A stretch of DNA of 28,177 nucleotides from the IMG/VR virus record IMGVR_UViG_3300029309_000007; one strand, 5' to 3'. The DNA comes from an uncultured virus (IMG/VR IMGVR_UViG_3300029309_000007) (taxonomy: Duplodnaviria; Heunggongvirae; Uroviricota; Caudoviricetes). The position numbers and the translations under genes were made by a program. Shown one piece after another: positions 1 through 9,259 of this stretch. The first letter of the stretch is position 1. Each line of letters opens with the position of its first letter. The notes below the pieces were generated by a model. That model did no database searches. It had not been told where the DNA came from and saw nothing but the letters and a program-made list of their open reading frames with translations.

Positions 1-974
1 TGCTCTTGGCGGAAAGCCTCGTAAGCCTTCTCAATGTTAGCAACGCTCAAATCAAGCGTTTCTAATTCATTGTTGTTGAATGCCTTAACAACGGGCATAG
101 TGGTTCCTTTTGGTCGGCCACCTTCAATAATGATTCTATCAGCAGGTTCGCCAATATCAGGATTAGCACCGTCAAGAGTTGGAAGTGGGGCTTTCTTTGA
201 TTCCATAAGTTTCTCATAAGAACCTGATTCAGTTTCCATGTCTTCCTCATCTTCCACCATTCGGTTTTCCACCATTCGGTTTTCCACCATTCGGTTTTCC
301 ATATCGGCACTTTCCATTTCCTTATCTCCCATGGCCTTTTCATCTTCGGTCAAAGCCATTTCTTCTTCTTTTCTTAACGAATTGACTTCCTTCAAAAGTT
401 CATCCAATTCGCCTAATGCTTTTTCTAGTTTTTCTTGTGTCATAACATCACCTGTTTTATCTTGTTTTAGTATGTCAAATCTCGCTTCGGGGTTAATTCC
501 TTTTTCACAGATGGTAATTTCATGCAACTCCAATTTGCTAATTTCGTTGTATTCTCCCATCCTTTCGTGGCTTTTCTTTACTTTTCGTAATGCTTGTCCA
601 CCAATGCTAAATGACCTTAACGACCCTTTGCGAATGCCTCTTCCTACCTCTTTTGCTTTTTCTATGTCATCCCTAAGTTTAATAACAACATAAAATCCGA
701 CATCATCAACTTCCGATTTCCATAATCTTCCCGTTTTATCTCGGTATGAATCTACTACTTCTCCCACTTGAACATTTGAATGATTTGTCATTACATTTCT
801 GAATCTTGGTTCTTCCATGAATTTTTTAACTGCGTCTTGTAAAGCCTCTAATGTGATTAAATCATTTTGTTTATCCACGATTTCAATGCTCGCATATCCT
901 CCAATCATAAGGTCGTCTGCGCTTTTGAGAATGCTGAAATCGTCATTCCTTATCGCTAAGACACCTCCGTTCAT
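1..974 (-). CDS. Prohead (maturation) protease fused to scaffold-like C-terminal region; 3'-truncated by window edge
   Basis: Not in ORF track; translated by hand from ATG at 974: MNGGVLAIRNDDFSILKSADDLMIGGYASIEIVDKQNDLI...VMTNHSNVQVG...GSLRSFSIGG...ELHEITICEKGINPEARFDILKQD..., then an acidic/coiled region open to position 1. The GYAS..VDKQND, NH, SFSIGG and EITI..GINPEA motifs match HK97/XkdF-type serine prohead proteases. Confidence 0.9.
   Translation of the reverse strand, partial: MNGGVLAIRNDDFSILKSADDLMIGGYASIEIVDKQNDLITLEALQDAVKKFMEEPRFRNVMTNHSNVQVGEVVDSYRDKTGRLWKSEVDDVGFYVVIKLRDDIEKAKEVGRGIRKGSLRSFSIGGQALRKVKKSHERMGEYNEISKLELHEITICEKGINPEARFDILKQDKTGDVMTQEKLEKALGELDELLKEVNSLRKEEEMALTEDEKAMGDKEMESADMENRMVENRMVENRMVEDEEDMETESGSYEKLMESKKAPLPTLDGANPDIGEPADRIIIEGGRPKGTTMPVVKAFNNNELETLDLSVANIEKAYEAFRQE
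252..301. repeat. 15-bp tandem repeat (TTCCACCATTCGGTT x3.3) encoding (ENRMV)x3 in the protease-scaffold
   Basis: Three perfect copies directly visible; unit length is a multiple of 3, so the frame is preserved. Confidence 0.95.
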
Positions 975-996
975 GTGTTTCAAACCTCTGTTATGC

Positions 997-1010
997 TTTC
1001 AAGTATATAA
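997..1010 (-). promoter_or_regulatory. Candidate archaeal TATA-like promoter (TTATATACTTGAAA) upstream of the protease gene
   Basis: TTATATA about 30 nt upstream of ATG 974 in a 46-nt intergenic gap; ATACTT[CG]AAA also occurs upstream of the portal gene. Confidence 0.45.
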
Positions 1011-1020
1011 TGGACTCGGA

Positions 1021-3525
1021 TTATTTCTTAGGAAGGGGCAACTCATTATACCCATCATCATAAATATTCCATAATCCCTTATCCTTATCTTTATCTGCCG
1101 GACTTTGTTTATATCCAGTAAAAGCAATCCACATTTTACCTTCTTCCGCAGGAATTACTCTAAAGTGAATCTTTGTCTCAAATTTGTTTCCTTCTAAGAA
1201 GTATTCGTGATACCCTGTTCTTTGAACACCTAACTTAACCTCTCCTTCATCAATAATCTTTTTCTTATCAAGGTCTTTACCAACAATGGCGGGATATTTA
1301 CCTGACTTTCCGAAGAGGTCAAAAATATCTTCGTCTTTTTCTAAGTCAATAAACCAATTTAGTGTTTCATCTTTTAGTTTGATAATAAAGTTTAAGTTTC
1401 CATCATCTCTTAGATAAATTTTAAATTGGCCCTGTCTATACTCTTCGGGAGTTTCATACTTCTTGATTTCAGCCATAATTTTATCTGCATCATGGACAAA
1501 TTTATTTTCTCTAAATAGAACGCCGTGGTCTTTTCCTCTGTCATCTAACCAATCTTTAAGTCTTACAGATTTAGACTCTAATAAGTCTTCATATAAATCT
1601 TTTGTAAATTTATTGCTGATTAAAAATGTATGAAGTTCTTGAGGAGTCTTTTCTCCTGTTTTCTTAAGGTAGTTAAAAATAGCCACAATGATTTTACTCT
1701 GCTTAGTTTTCATTATTTCTTCTGCTTGTGCTTTCCACATATCTAAATCTGCTAAAGCGTTCTTTGACATTAGATTGCTTTCTTCAAAGCCATAGATAGT
1801 AAAGCCATCAAAGTCTCCTTTGATAATAACAGAAGCCTCTCCGTGGATATGGTCAGTAATTTTAATTCCTTTAGTTAATGCTTCAACAGAATATTTCAAA
1901 GATTTTTTAGTATCTTTAGATAACATTTCTAAAGTGACAATTTTTTCTGGGGTATCTACTTCAGGAACCTCAATAACTTTTGCTGAAAAGACAGTATATT
2001 TTCCATCGGATTCTTTGACTTCATCAACCTTTACACGAACAATGTCGCCAATACTAACAGAAATTTTAGTATTTAGTGCTTTACCAACATTCATATATTT
2101 TTTACCATTTAGTTCTTGACCTTCGGCCTCTTCTTCTAACGGGCCAGCACCCAATGTATAAGAATACAAATTGCTTTTTGTCTTTTTCTTATCAAGAACA
2201 ATCAAATCTAAATCAACAAACTTTTTCCACTTAATCCATTTAGGGTTCTTTTTTATGCCCTCAAAATAAGTTGAAGTGGCATCTTTTATGACAACACCTT
2301 CTGATGTTGGCATTTCCATAATTGCTTTAGAATACTCTTCAATGTCTTTTATACTGTCTGCCATTCTTGTATCTTTCTTTGAAGGAAAGTTAAGAATATC
2401 ACTTGAATGTATTGAGTAATTGTTGAACATTGTATTGAGTCTTTGTTGTAAAGTCTCATCAACTATTTTTTTATCATTATGTCTCATAATATCAAACATA
2501 TGAGCCTTTAGTGTAGCATCCTTATATTTGCCCTTAAAAACATGAGCGATTGTGTCTGCTCGATGAAGTGCTTCCTCGCCATCAAACAAAATTAATTCTC
2601 CGTCAAGAATACAATCTCCAAAGTGTTTCTTTTCCATTTCCTTTACGATTTCTTTACACTTTGAACTGATGTCTTTTTCATTATACGAATAAATTGTAAC
2701 CTTTTTGTCAATTTTATGAATTTGTATTCTCATGCCGTCATACTTTTCTTGAATAACAAATTCTCCACTAAACCCTTTCAATTCATTCATGTCTTCAATA
2801 TCAAAAATCCGATACATCGGTTTATTAGGTAAAATAAAGTCAGACTGGGATTTTTCTTCTTCGGACTTAGTTAAGTCCATATCCTCAACATCTTTCAGTT
2901 CTTCCCAATCTTCTTCTTGGTGTTTAGAGAAAAATAGAAGTTCTAAGAAGTCAAGTGCCGCTTTAACTTTCTTTTCTACCTTTTTTGAGTCTTTATCATC
3001 CCCATATTGCTCAATAATATATAGGGCGATGTCGTCTTCTTGTAGGTCAAGACCCTTAAGACCGTCTGTTATTTCATCAGGCTCCATGTCTTTAATGCTA
3101 TAAATGTCTGGAGATAAGGCTTTATTGTCTGCCCTCATAGCATAGTGGACGAATTTAACCATTAACTCTGGAGATTCCAATAATGCTTCAAGAACATCTC
3201 CTTTAAACTTTTTAGCGAAGGGGTCAGAAACAAATTCAGAAGACATTCGCAGGGCTTTCACTCCCTCATATATCTTCTCAGCAAAATTAGAAGTCGGGTC
3301 GGAAGACTCGTTATTTTCTAAATCTTCTTCTTGGATGTAATCTTTTAATTCTTCGCCTAACTCACTTGAATCATCATATTTTTCTTTGATGTCCTCAATT
3401 GATTTACGCCAACGACCACCGTATTCTTTGGGGTCTGTTCTTGCAGAAAGATATGCGACTCTTGTTTTTTCAAAGAGTCGCAAGATTTCTTCCGAAGGGC
3501 TATCTTTCTCAATAAGATATGCCAT
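1021..3525 (-). CDS. lig: ATP-dependent DNA ligase with acidic N-terminal extension and C-terminal domain of possible LigD phosphoesterase-like fold
   Basis: Motif I QEKYDGMR, III ILDGEL, IIIa HMFDIM, IV EGVVIK, V WIKWKK, followed by an OB-like region (DLIVL...VGKALNT). Confidence 0.9.
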   Translation of the reverse strand: MAYLIEKDSPSEEILRLFEKTRVAYLSARTDPKEYGGRWRKSIEDIKEKYDDSSELGEELKDYIQEEDLENNESSDPTSNFAEKIYEGVKALRMSSEFVSDPFAKKFKGDVLEALLESPELMVKFVHYAMRADNKALSPDIYSIKDMEPDEITDGLKGLDLQEDDIALYIIEQYGDDKDSKKVEKKVKAALDFLELLFFSKHQEEDWEELKDVEDMDLTKSEEEKSQSDFILPNKPMYRIFDIEDMNELKGFSGEFVIQEKYDGMRIQIHKIDKKVTIYSYNEKDISSKCKEIVKEMEKKHFGDCILDGELILFDGEEALHRADTIAHVFKGKYKDATLKAHMFDIMRHNDKKIVDETLQQRLNTMFNNYSIHSSDILNFPSKKDTRMADSIKDIEEYSKAIMEMPTSEGVVIKDATSTYFEGIKKNPKWIKWKKFVDLDLIVLDKKKTKSNLYSYTLGAGPLEEEAEGQELNGKKYMNVGKALNTKISVSIGDIVRVKVDEVKESDGKYTVFSAKVIEVPEVDTPEKIVTLEMLSKDTKKSLKYSVEALTKGIKITDHIHGEASVIIKGDFDGFTIYGFEESNLMSKNALADLDMWKAQAEEIMKTKQSKIIVAIFNYLKKTGEKTPQELHTFLISNKFTKDLYEDLLESKSVRLKDWLDDRGKDHGVLFRENKFVHDADKIMAEIKKYETPEEYRQGQFKIYLRDDGNLNFIIKLKDETLNWFIDLEKDEDIFDLFGKSGKYPAIVGKDLDKKKIIDEGEVKLGVQRTGYHEYFLEGNKFETKIHFRVIPAEEGKMWIAFTGYKQSPADKDKDKGLWNIYDDGYNELPLPKK

Positions 3526-3529
3526 TCAA

Positions 3530-3916
3530 TCACAAACCATATGAAGAATTTATTAATTTTTTAACTTCGCTAACGATTTCTTTGAGGGGCTCAATATCTG
3601 GCAACGCTTTTCTTTTCTCTGCCAAATTAATTGTAAGTTGAATTTCCGTCTCAATTTTCCTCAAAAGTTTTCTTGAAACAGAAACCATTTTATCTTCTTT
3701 TTTTAAAGTCTCACCAGCCAAACCATATCCCTCTTTCTTTTGGGTCTGGTTCTTAATTTTCACATTTTGTGCTTTAGGTCGCTTAATTTTAACCACTTCT
3801 ACTTCGTGGTCATAAGGCATAATTTGAGTAGATTCGTGAAGCATACTCTTTGCTTTTCTCGCCTTCTTAATTGCCATAGCAATAATCGCTTCTTCTTTTG
3901 TCATCTTTTCTGGCAT
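3530..3916 (-). CDS. Hypothetical protein (128 aa), head-module
   Basis: GGAGG SD upstream; packed between neighbours in the same operon. Confidence 0.75.
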   Translation of the reverse strand: MPEKMTKEEAIIAMAIKKARKAKSMLHESTQIMPYDHEVEVVKIKRPKAQNVKIKNQTQKKEGYGLAGETLKKEDKMVSVSRKLLRKIETEIQLTINLAEKRKALPDIEPLKEIVSEVKKLINSSYGL

Positions 3917-3917
3917 A

Positions 3918-4160
3918 TCATTGTCCTCCTGCTTTCTTAACTAATTCGTGAATATCGCTCCACTCCATCTTCGCAATATCACCTGCTGGCGACATTGGCG
4001 CAGAATTGTTAATGTGTGGTGTTGGAGTATTTGCTACGACAAAGCCCGACTTCATTAGTAGATTATCGTCGTTATATACTGCTTTTTCTAATTTTTCAAT
4101 CTTATCTGTTAGAGCCTTAATAATCTCCAACAGGTCTTTGTTAATGTCTGAATCTGTCAT
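3918..4160 (-). CDS. Small coiled-coil hypothetical protein
   Basis: Start moved to ATG 4160 because AGGTGA SD lies just upstream; heptad pattern LLEIIKALTDKIEKLEKA. Confidence 0.75.
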   Translation of the reverse strand: MTDSDINKDLLEIIKALTDKIEKLEKAVYNDDNLLMKSGFVVANTPTPHINNSAPMSPAGDIAKMEWSDIHELVKKAGGQ

Positions 4161-4161
4161 A

Positions 4162-4524
4162 TTATTCACCTTTCTTTCTCTTTGGCTTTGGATAAACTAA
4201 ATCCCTAATTTGACGATAGAGCAATTCATACTCCTTACGAAGTTTGGTAGCAGTAGCGACAATATCAAGGTTGCGCTCATCCATGCTCTTAACTTTCTTT
4301 GTTAATGCTTTATCCGACTTCGTAAATTCTAAACGCTCAATCATGTTCAGTAATTCGCCTAATTTGGTAAAGTCCTGTCCAAAAAATTCTGTTGGTTCTG
4401 CCGCTTGCAGCGTCTTTTTCAAAGCCTTCCTTTGTTTTGGGTCAAGAGAATTAAGAATAGTCTCAGACTTCTTAGCCTTCTCTAACTTAATTTCTCGCCC
4501 ATCATCGTAAAAATCCCATGTCAT
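4162..4524 (-). CDS. Hypothetical protein (120 aa)
   Basis: ATGA overlap with upstream gene; GGAGG SD. Confidence 0.8.
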   Translation of the reverse strand: MTWDFYDDGREIKLEKAKKSETILNSLDPKQRKALKKTLQAAEPTEFFGQDFTKLGELLNMIERLEFTKSDKALTKKVKSMDERNLDIVATATKLRKEYELLYRQIRDLVYPKPKRKKGE

Positions 4525-6962
4525 TCTTGTATTCCTCCTAATCCAACTAGTTTTAAATTGTTCTGAGTGCGCTTATTTTTGAAAATTCTAACAAAAGATT
4601 TTAATTTTTTACTTGGAGGAAATGTTCTTATAAAATCATCAAAGTCAAAAGAAACCTTTGGAAGTTTTACTTCATTATTAAAAGATTGAAGGTCTTCCTT
4701 TGCCTCTTCAATTTCCCTTTGCCTATCTTTTTCTTTTTCTTCATCTTCTTCGGGGCCACTATCCTCTAATCTTTTGATTTTCTTTTGTCGCCTATCTATT
4801 TTTTCAGCGAGTTCTAAATTACCTTCAAAGTTTTTAAGATGGTCTTTAAGAAAACCAATTTCTTTCTTTGCCTTTCTAGGTTCAAAACCCCGTCCTTTCC
4901 TCCCGACCCCTTTAACATCAACGACTTTTCCTTCTTCATCTACATTCTTTTTGCCCTGTTCAGGTTCTTCGTCAATAGGGCGTTCTTCTACGAGTTTTTC
5001 CATTTTTTCTAAAATATATTTCTTAACATATTCTAAAGCATTTCTCTTACCCTTTGGGTCTTCTAATAAGCGATTAAGGCGATAGTCTTTGAATGTTAGT
5101 CTTGAAAATTTCTTTGGTTGTATGCCTTCTAAAATATCATTAATCCTATCGTTATAATAAACTACCCTACCAAAATCTTCTGAAAAATTAACCGTCTGAT
5201 TTAATTCCGCAAATAGTTCCATTCCTGCGTCTAAAAGTTTTTCTTTGTTTTCTTCAGTAATTTTATCTCTATGGACTTCGGGAACATAAATTGAACCCTT
5301 ATCTTTATCAAACAAAGTCTCAGAAATAAAAGATTTTGCAGATGACTCATTGTAGAAGTTTTCTAAGATAAGTGAAACCGATTCACGAAAATCTTCATTA
5401 CGGGCAACTTTATTAGCAAAGTCTTGCATTTTACTTTTAATCTCCTTCTCATTGGATTCATCGGTATCTTTTCTTTTGACATCCGTTCTAAACTTTACTG
5501 CATCGGCTTGCTGTTTAGTCAAGTCAATATCTTCTAACATTTGTGAATAGAATTCAATGGTAGGACTAACAAGTTTATTCCAAAATTCAGAATCTTTTGC
5601 CATTAAATTGTATTCTTCTATGCCTCTTGCTCTTTTTGCATCTTCTGTTTCTTTACCAAATTTATCTTTAAATCCAGAGGTTTTTAAATCTACTTTAAAC
5701 TGTTTCATTTCATCAGTTAAAGTTTGAAGGCGAGACATAAGTTTTCTAGCCGTCTTTTTCTTCGTTTCAGAAAAATTAGAAGTAGTATATATTTTCTTTA
5801 ACAATTCGTAAATTCTATAAACTGCTCCTCTATGGGCATCGTGAATAATTCTAGTAGCGGATAACTTTTTACCTTCCCTTGAATTTAAAACAGTTTTAAA
5901 GTGTTCTTTAGGTTCACTACCTTTAGGGTAGGGCAATTCAATGTTAGTTTTTAAATTTCTTTCTTGGGTATTAGCGTCTAAAATTTCTTTACTATCAGCA
6001 ATTAGTCTCTTGAGTTCTTTCATGTCTTTATCATTAAAAAGTGTAGAAACCAACTCTACTTGGTTAAGTGGTTTATTGATAGTCTCAACTTCTTTTCTTG
6101 CTTTAATGCGACTTAACACTTCTTCAGGCTTTAAAGTACCTAAGCCTAAACTTCTTAACTGAGCATCAAATACTTCTTTAAGTTTTTCGGAATACTCTAC
6201 TGCCTTATATCCTAAATCTTCTTCATCTATTCTTTTTACTTGCATTCCTCTTCCAAAGGTTTTACCCTTTTCAAAAGAAATAACATATCTGGCAATTGCC
6301 GCAGAGTCTTGAATAATGTCTAAATACCGTTGTAGGTTTTCTTTGCTAGGTTGTTTGATGTAGGCAAGAAGAACATTATCAAATTCTTCTTGACTTGCGA
6401 GTTTTTTACTCTCCTTAATCTTTTCATTAATTTCCTTTAAAGTGTTTTTATTGTCTTCTAATTTATCTGCAATCTTTTTTGATTCTTCTGTAATTTTTCT
6501 AGTATAGGAAGAAACCATTTTACTGTATTCTTCTCTTTCTTTTTTGGACTTTTCTTCAAGGCTTTTAAGTTGCTCTTTAATTTGCTTTGCTTGATTTCCT
6601 TTTGCTTCTTTTTGTTTTGAACGCATTGACCTAATTTGTGATTCAATTTCATTTATTTCCTTTTGCTTAGCAGATAGTCCTTTTGTATAACTTGCTGAAG
6701 GTTTTTTTGGTTTTTGAGCATCGCCTAATTTTGCCATCAGGTCTTTGTTTTCTGCTGTTATGGCATCTTTAATTTCTTTAAGTTCTTTAGGAATATCTTC
6801 TTCTATGACTTTTCTTTTTGCTCTATTCATGGCCGCTAACATCAAGTTAGCATCCAAATCCTTCTTCTCTTCTTTCAAAATATCATCATCTAACGATTCA
6901 GCGAAAAACTTCAAGAGATAATATAAATTATCTTCTTGCTTCGCAATAATCGCTTGCCACAT
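4521..6962 (-). CDS. Large Lys/Glu-rich coiled-coil protein (813 aa) with variant N-terminal tag MWQAIIAK; probable virion protein
   Basis: Long ORF, GAGGT SD, extended heptad regions; no recognisable enzymatic motif. Confidence 0.8.
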   Translation of the reverse strand: MWQAIIAKQEDNLYYLLKFFAESLDDDILKEEKKDLDANLMLAAMNRAKRKVIEEDIPKELKEIKDAITAENKDLMAKLGDAQKPKKPSASYTKGLSAKQKEINEIESQIRSMRSKQKEAKGNQAKQIKEQLKSLEEKSKKEREEYSKMVSSYTRKITEESKKIADKLEDNKNTLKEINEKIKESKKLASQEEFDNVLLAYIKQPSKENLQRYLDIIQDSAAIARYVISFEKGKTFGRGMQVKRIDEEDLGYKAVEYSEKLKEVFDAQLRSLGLGTLKPEEVLSRIKARKEVETINKPLNQVELVSTLFNDKDMKELKRLIADSKEILDANTQERNLKTNIELPYPKGSEPKEHFKTVLNSREGKKLSATRIIHDAHRGAVYRIYELLKKIYTTSNFSETKKKTARKLMSRLQTLTDEMKQFKVDLKTSGFKDKFGKETEDAKRARGIEEYNLMAKDSEFWNKLVSPTIEFYSQMLEDIDLTKQQADAVKFRTDVKRKDTDESNEKEIKSKMQDFANKVARNEDFRESVSLILENFYNESSAKSFISETLFDKDKGSIYVPEVHRDKITEENKEKLLDAGMELFAELNQTVNFSEDFGRVVYYNDRINDILEGIQPKKFSRLTFKDYRLNRLLEDPKGKRNALEYVKKYILEKMEKLVEERPIDEEPEQGKKNVDEEGKVVDVKGVGRKGRGFEPRKAKKEIGFLKDHLKNFEGNLELAEKIDRRQKKIKRLEDSGPEEDEEKEKDRQREIEEAKEDLQSFNNEVKLPKVSFDFDDFIRTFPPSKKLKSFVRIFKNKRTQNNLKLVGLGGIQE

Positions 6963-6971
6963 AAAATGACC

Positions 6972-7199
6972 TCAAAAGGGAATATTTTCTTTCTTTCCTC
7001 TTCTTCGCTGTGGAGGAAGAATAACATCGGGAACATCATTTGATGCAAGGGTCGCCTTATGCGTGGTATCGGGAGGAAGACCGCCAACCGAGAAATCTCG
7101 GTTCTTTGTAGTCTTTCTCATATCATCTGCATTCTGCGCTCTAACCTTTGCTAATTCTTTCTTCAAGCGGATTTCTTTTTGTTTCGTGTCTTCTGTCAT
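6972..7199 (-). CDS. Small hypothetical protein (MTEDTKQKE...)
   Basis: Start moved to ATG 7199 following AGGTGA SD. Confidence 0.7.
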   Translation of the reverse strand: MTEDTKQKEIRLKKELAKVRAQNADDMRKTTKNRDFSVGGLPPDTTHKATLASNDVPDVILPPQRRRGKKENIPF

Positions 7200-7203
7200 A
7201 TTA

Positions 7204-7614
7204 TCACCTTTCACTTTTTAATAAATAAAACCATTCACTTTTTTTAACAGGGGGTAAGTCAATCATTTCAGGAACCTTTTTCATCTCTTCCTCAGCGACT
7301 TTTTTAAGTTTATCAATTCCTATCTTTTCAATAAGTTGAACTAGATATTTTTGCCTTTCTCCTTGAGACATAGTTAATGAACCCTCTTTATATTTTTTAA
7401 CCAATTCTTGAAAATCTTGCGCTACTGATGGATTTTTCATAACCATCTCAACAATTTTCTTTTTGTTTTGCCTATCTGTGATTTTGTTTTGAATAAATTC
7501 TAACCCTTTAATTGAGAAGAATGCAGGTGCAAACAGTCCTGCTAATGCCCCTAATGCTGCACCACCAGTGACAAGTACCTTTTCGGTATTTTCAAAACTT
7601 TCATAATCTGGCAT
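7204..7614 (-). CDS. Predicted membrane-anchored protein with C-terminal tag KKSEWFYLLKSER
   Basis: Hydrophobic Gly/Ala-rich segment VLVTGGAALGALAGLFAPAFFSI near the N-terminus. Confidence 0.75.
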   Translation of the reverse strand: MPDYESFENTEKVLVTGGAALGALAGLFAPAFFSIKGLEFIQNKITDRQNKKKIVEMVMKNPSVAQDFQELVKKYKEGSLTMSQGERQKYLVQLIEKIGIDKLKKVAEEEMKKVPEMIDLPPVKKSEWFYLLKSER

Positions 7615-7615
7615 T

Positions 7616-9259
7616 TCATCCTACTCTCCTTTCACTTCTTCTATCTACATTTTGATTTCCAGCATCTTCAGGTAATCCCGTCATTCGCTTATCCGGCCCT
7701 ACGCTCATTGAGGGTTTATTTCTTGTGGCGGGTGGGTTCTCTTGGGGTGTAGATTGTTGCCCCTGTAAAGCCTGTTCTTGCATTTGCCCTAATTGGGAAG
7801 CATCAATATTTGTTCCTGCGTAGGGGTCTTTCTCAACCTGTCCTTCTTGTTGAGGTTCTTGTTCTGAACTTTCAGGTTCAGGTTTTGAATAAGTAAATTG
7901 TCCATCTTCGTCCATATCAATTTCAAATCCTAAATTTTTAATTGAAGCCGCAATATTAACTTCAATTTCACGCTTACGAAGAACAGCGATTTCATCCTCT
8001 TCTTCACTTGGGGGTAGTTTTAAGTTCCAATCTGTAATACCGAATTGCTTTGTCAAGAACGGAAATACATAGTTATTATAGACATTTTGTGCCATTTGAA
8101 CGGCTCTGTTCGTGACCAAAATCTGCATACCTTCATTATTTAAACCGCCACTGGTAGTATTGTCTGCCATGAATACTTTGCTTACACCATAGAAAGCAGA
8201 AATTCTATCTCTTAAATCATCCTTAACAGAAACATAATCCATTTCCTTTAGGCTATCCATAAATTTAATCCATTCCACAGAGCCTTTACCACCTTCTGCT
8301 TCAATTCCCATAACAGGAATAAAATGTGGGTCTTTCTCCATTTTTTCTTTGACAGAACGCCAAAAGGCTCTCATTGAATCCATGTTTCTTGTCTGCACAG
8401 CAAGTAATCCTCTTGGCATTCTGCTCTTAGTGTAAGAAGAATTAACATAGTTTTCCATAGCAATCAGAGTCATAATGTGATTGTATAGTGTAATAACTGG
8501 TGAAAAACCATACAAACGAGAGGGGCTGTATTTGCTAAAGTGCAAAACTTCTCCTTCAATGAAATATTGTTCTTCTCCGTTGGCACGATTGACATAGTGA
8601 ACAGGGAATGTTTTACTTCCACACCGTTCACAATTTTCATGGGGTTCTGCTGAAATAAAATCACGGTGATTAACGCATGTAAAACCTTTTGTTCCCTTTA
8701 CTCCATTTTCATCTGCATAAATAAACATTGTCACTGGGTCGCCACGATAAATTTCTTTAATTCGATGCATTCTGATTTTACCGTTTCCATCTAAGAAATA
8801 TTCTTTAACGAAAACAATATACGCATCATCCATTGTATTCAAGTCATCTTCCAATTCCTTCATAACATCAATAAATAATTGTTCAGAAGGATTCACATAA
8901 CCCTCTAAGAATTTTTCTGCATATTGCAGTTGTTTTTCATCAGGGACTCTCAAATCCTCAGAGCCACATCTGTTGCATTTTAAAACAGCCATTCGATGTT
9001 TTTTTCCACACTTATTACAATGTGCTTCAAATGCTTTTTCCCATTCATAGCCCCTTCTAAAAATTTCCTGTTTTAGTTGAGTAATGCAGGTTCTCACAAT
9101 AACAGATTGTTGCACCATTGAATAAATAATTGGTGCTGTCATCATGTAGTTATTCTGTCTTTCTTGAATACCCATGTTGTAAATCTGTCTATCGGCAGGT
9201 TTAGGTGTTGAACGACGAAATAAGTTAGTAAAGGAGAATCTTCGCTTTTGTTCAACCAT
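7616..9259 (-). CDS. Portal protein with Zn-ribbon insertions
   Basis: Portal-like motifs EVLHFSKYSPSRLYGFSP, MPRGLL, DRISAFYGVS; acidic Q-rich tail; located between terminase and protease; CxxC pairs inserted. Confidence 0.88.
   Translation of the reverse strand: MVEQKRRFSFTNLFRRSTPKPADRQIYNMGIQERQNNYMMTAPIIYSMVQQSVIVRTCITQLKQEIFRRGYEWEKAFEAHCNKCGKKHRMAVLKCNRCGSEDLRVPDEKQLQYAEKFLEGYVNPSEQLFIDVMKELEDDLNTMDDAYIVFVKEYFLDGNGKIRMHRIKEIYRGDPVTMFIYADENGVKGTKGFTCVNHRDFISAEPHENCERCGSKTFPVHYVNRANGEEQYFIEGEVLHFSKYSPSRLYGFSPVITLYNHIMTLIAMENYVNSSYTKSRMPRGLLAVQTRNMDSMRAFWRSVKEKMEKDPHFIPVMGIEAEGGKGSVEWIKFMDSLKEMDYVSVKDDLRDRISAFYGVSKVFMADNTTSGGLNNEGMQILVTNRAVQMAQNVYNNYVFPFLTKQFGITDWNLKLPPSEEEDEIAVLRKREIEVNIAASIKNLGFEIDMDEDGQFTYSKPEPESSEQEPQQEGQVEKDPYAGTNIDASQLGQMQEQALQGQQSTPQENPPATRNKPSMSVGPDKRMTGLPEDAGNQNVDRRSERRVG

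Noticed and set aside
252..301. Possible CRISPR or mini-array
   Set aside because: Contiguous 15-bp units with no spacers, in frame within a CDS.
62..343. 93-aa minus-strand ORF with KTEWW repeats
   Set aside because: Alternative-frame reading of the 15-bp repeat inside the protease-scaffold gene.
4162..4524. MTWDFYDD as another tag copy
   Set aside because: Has the Trp but lacks the hydrophobic pair and Lys; not counted.
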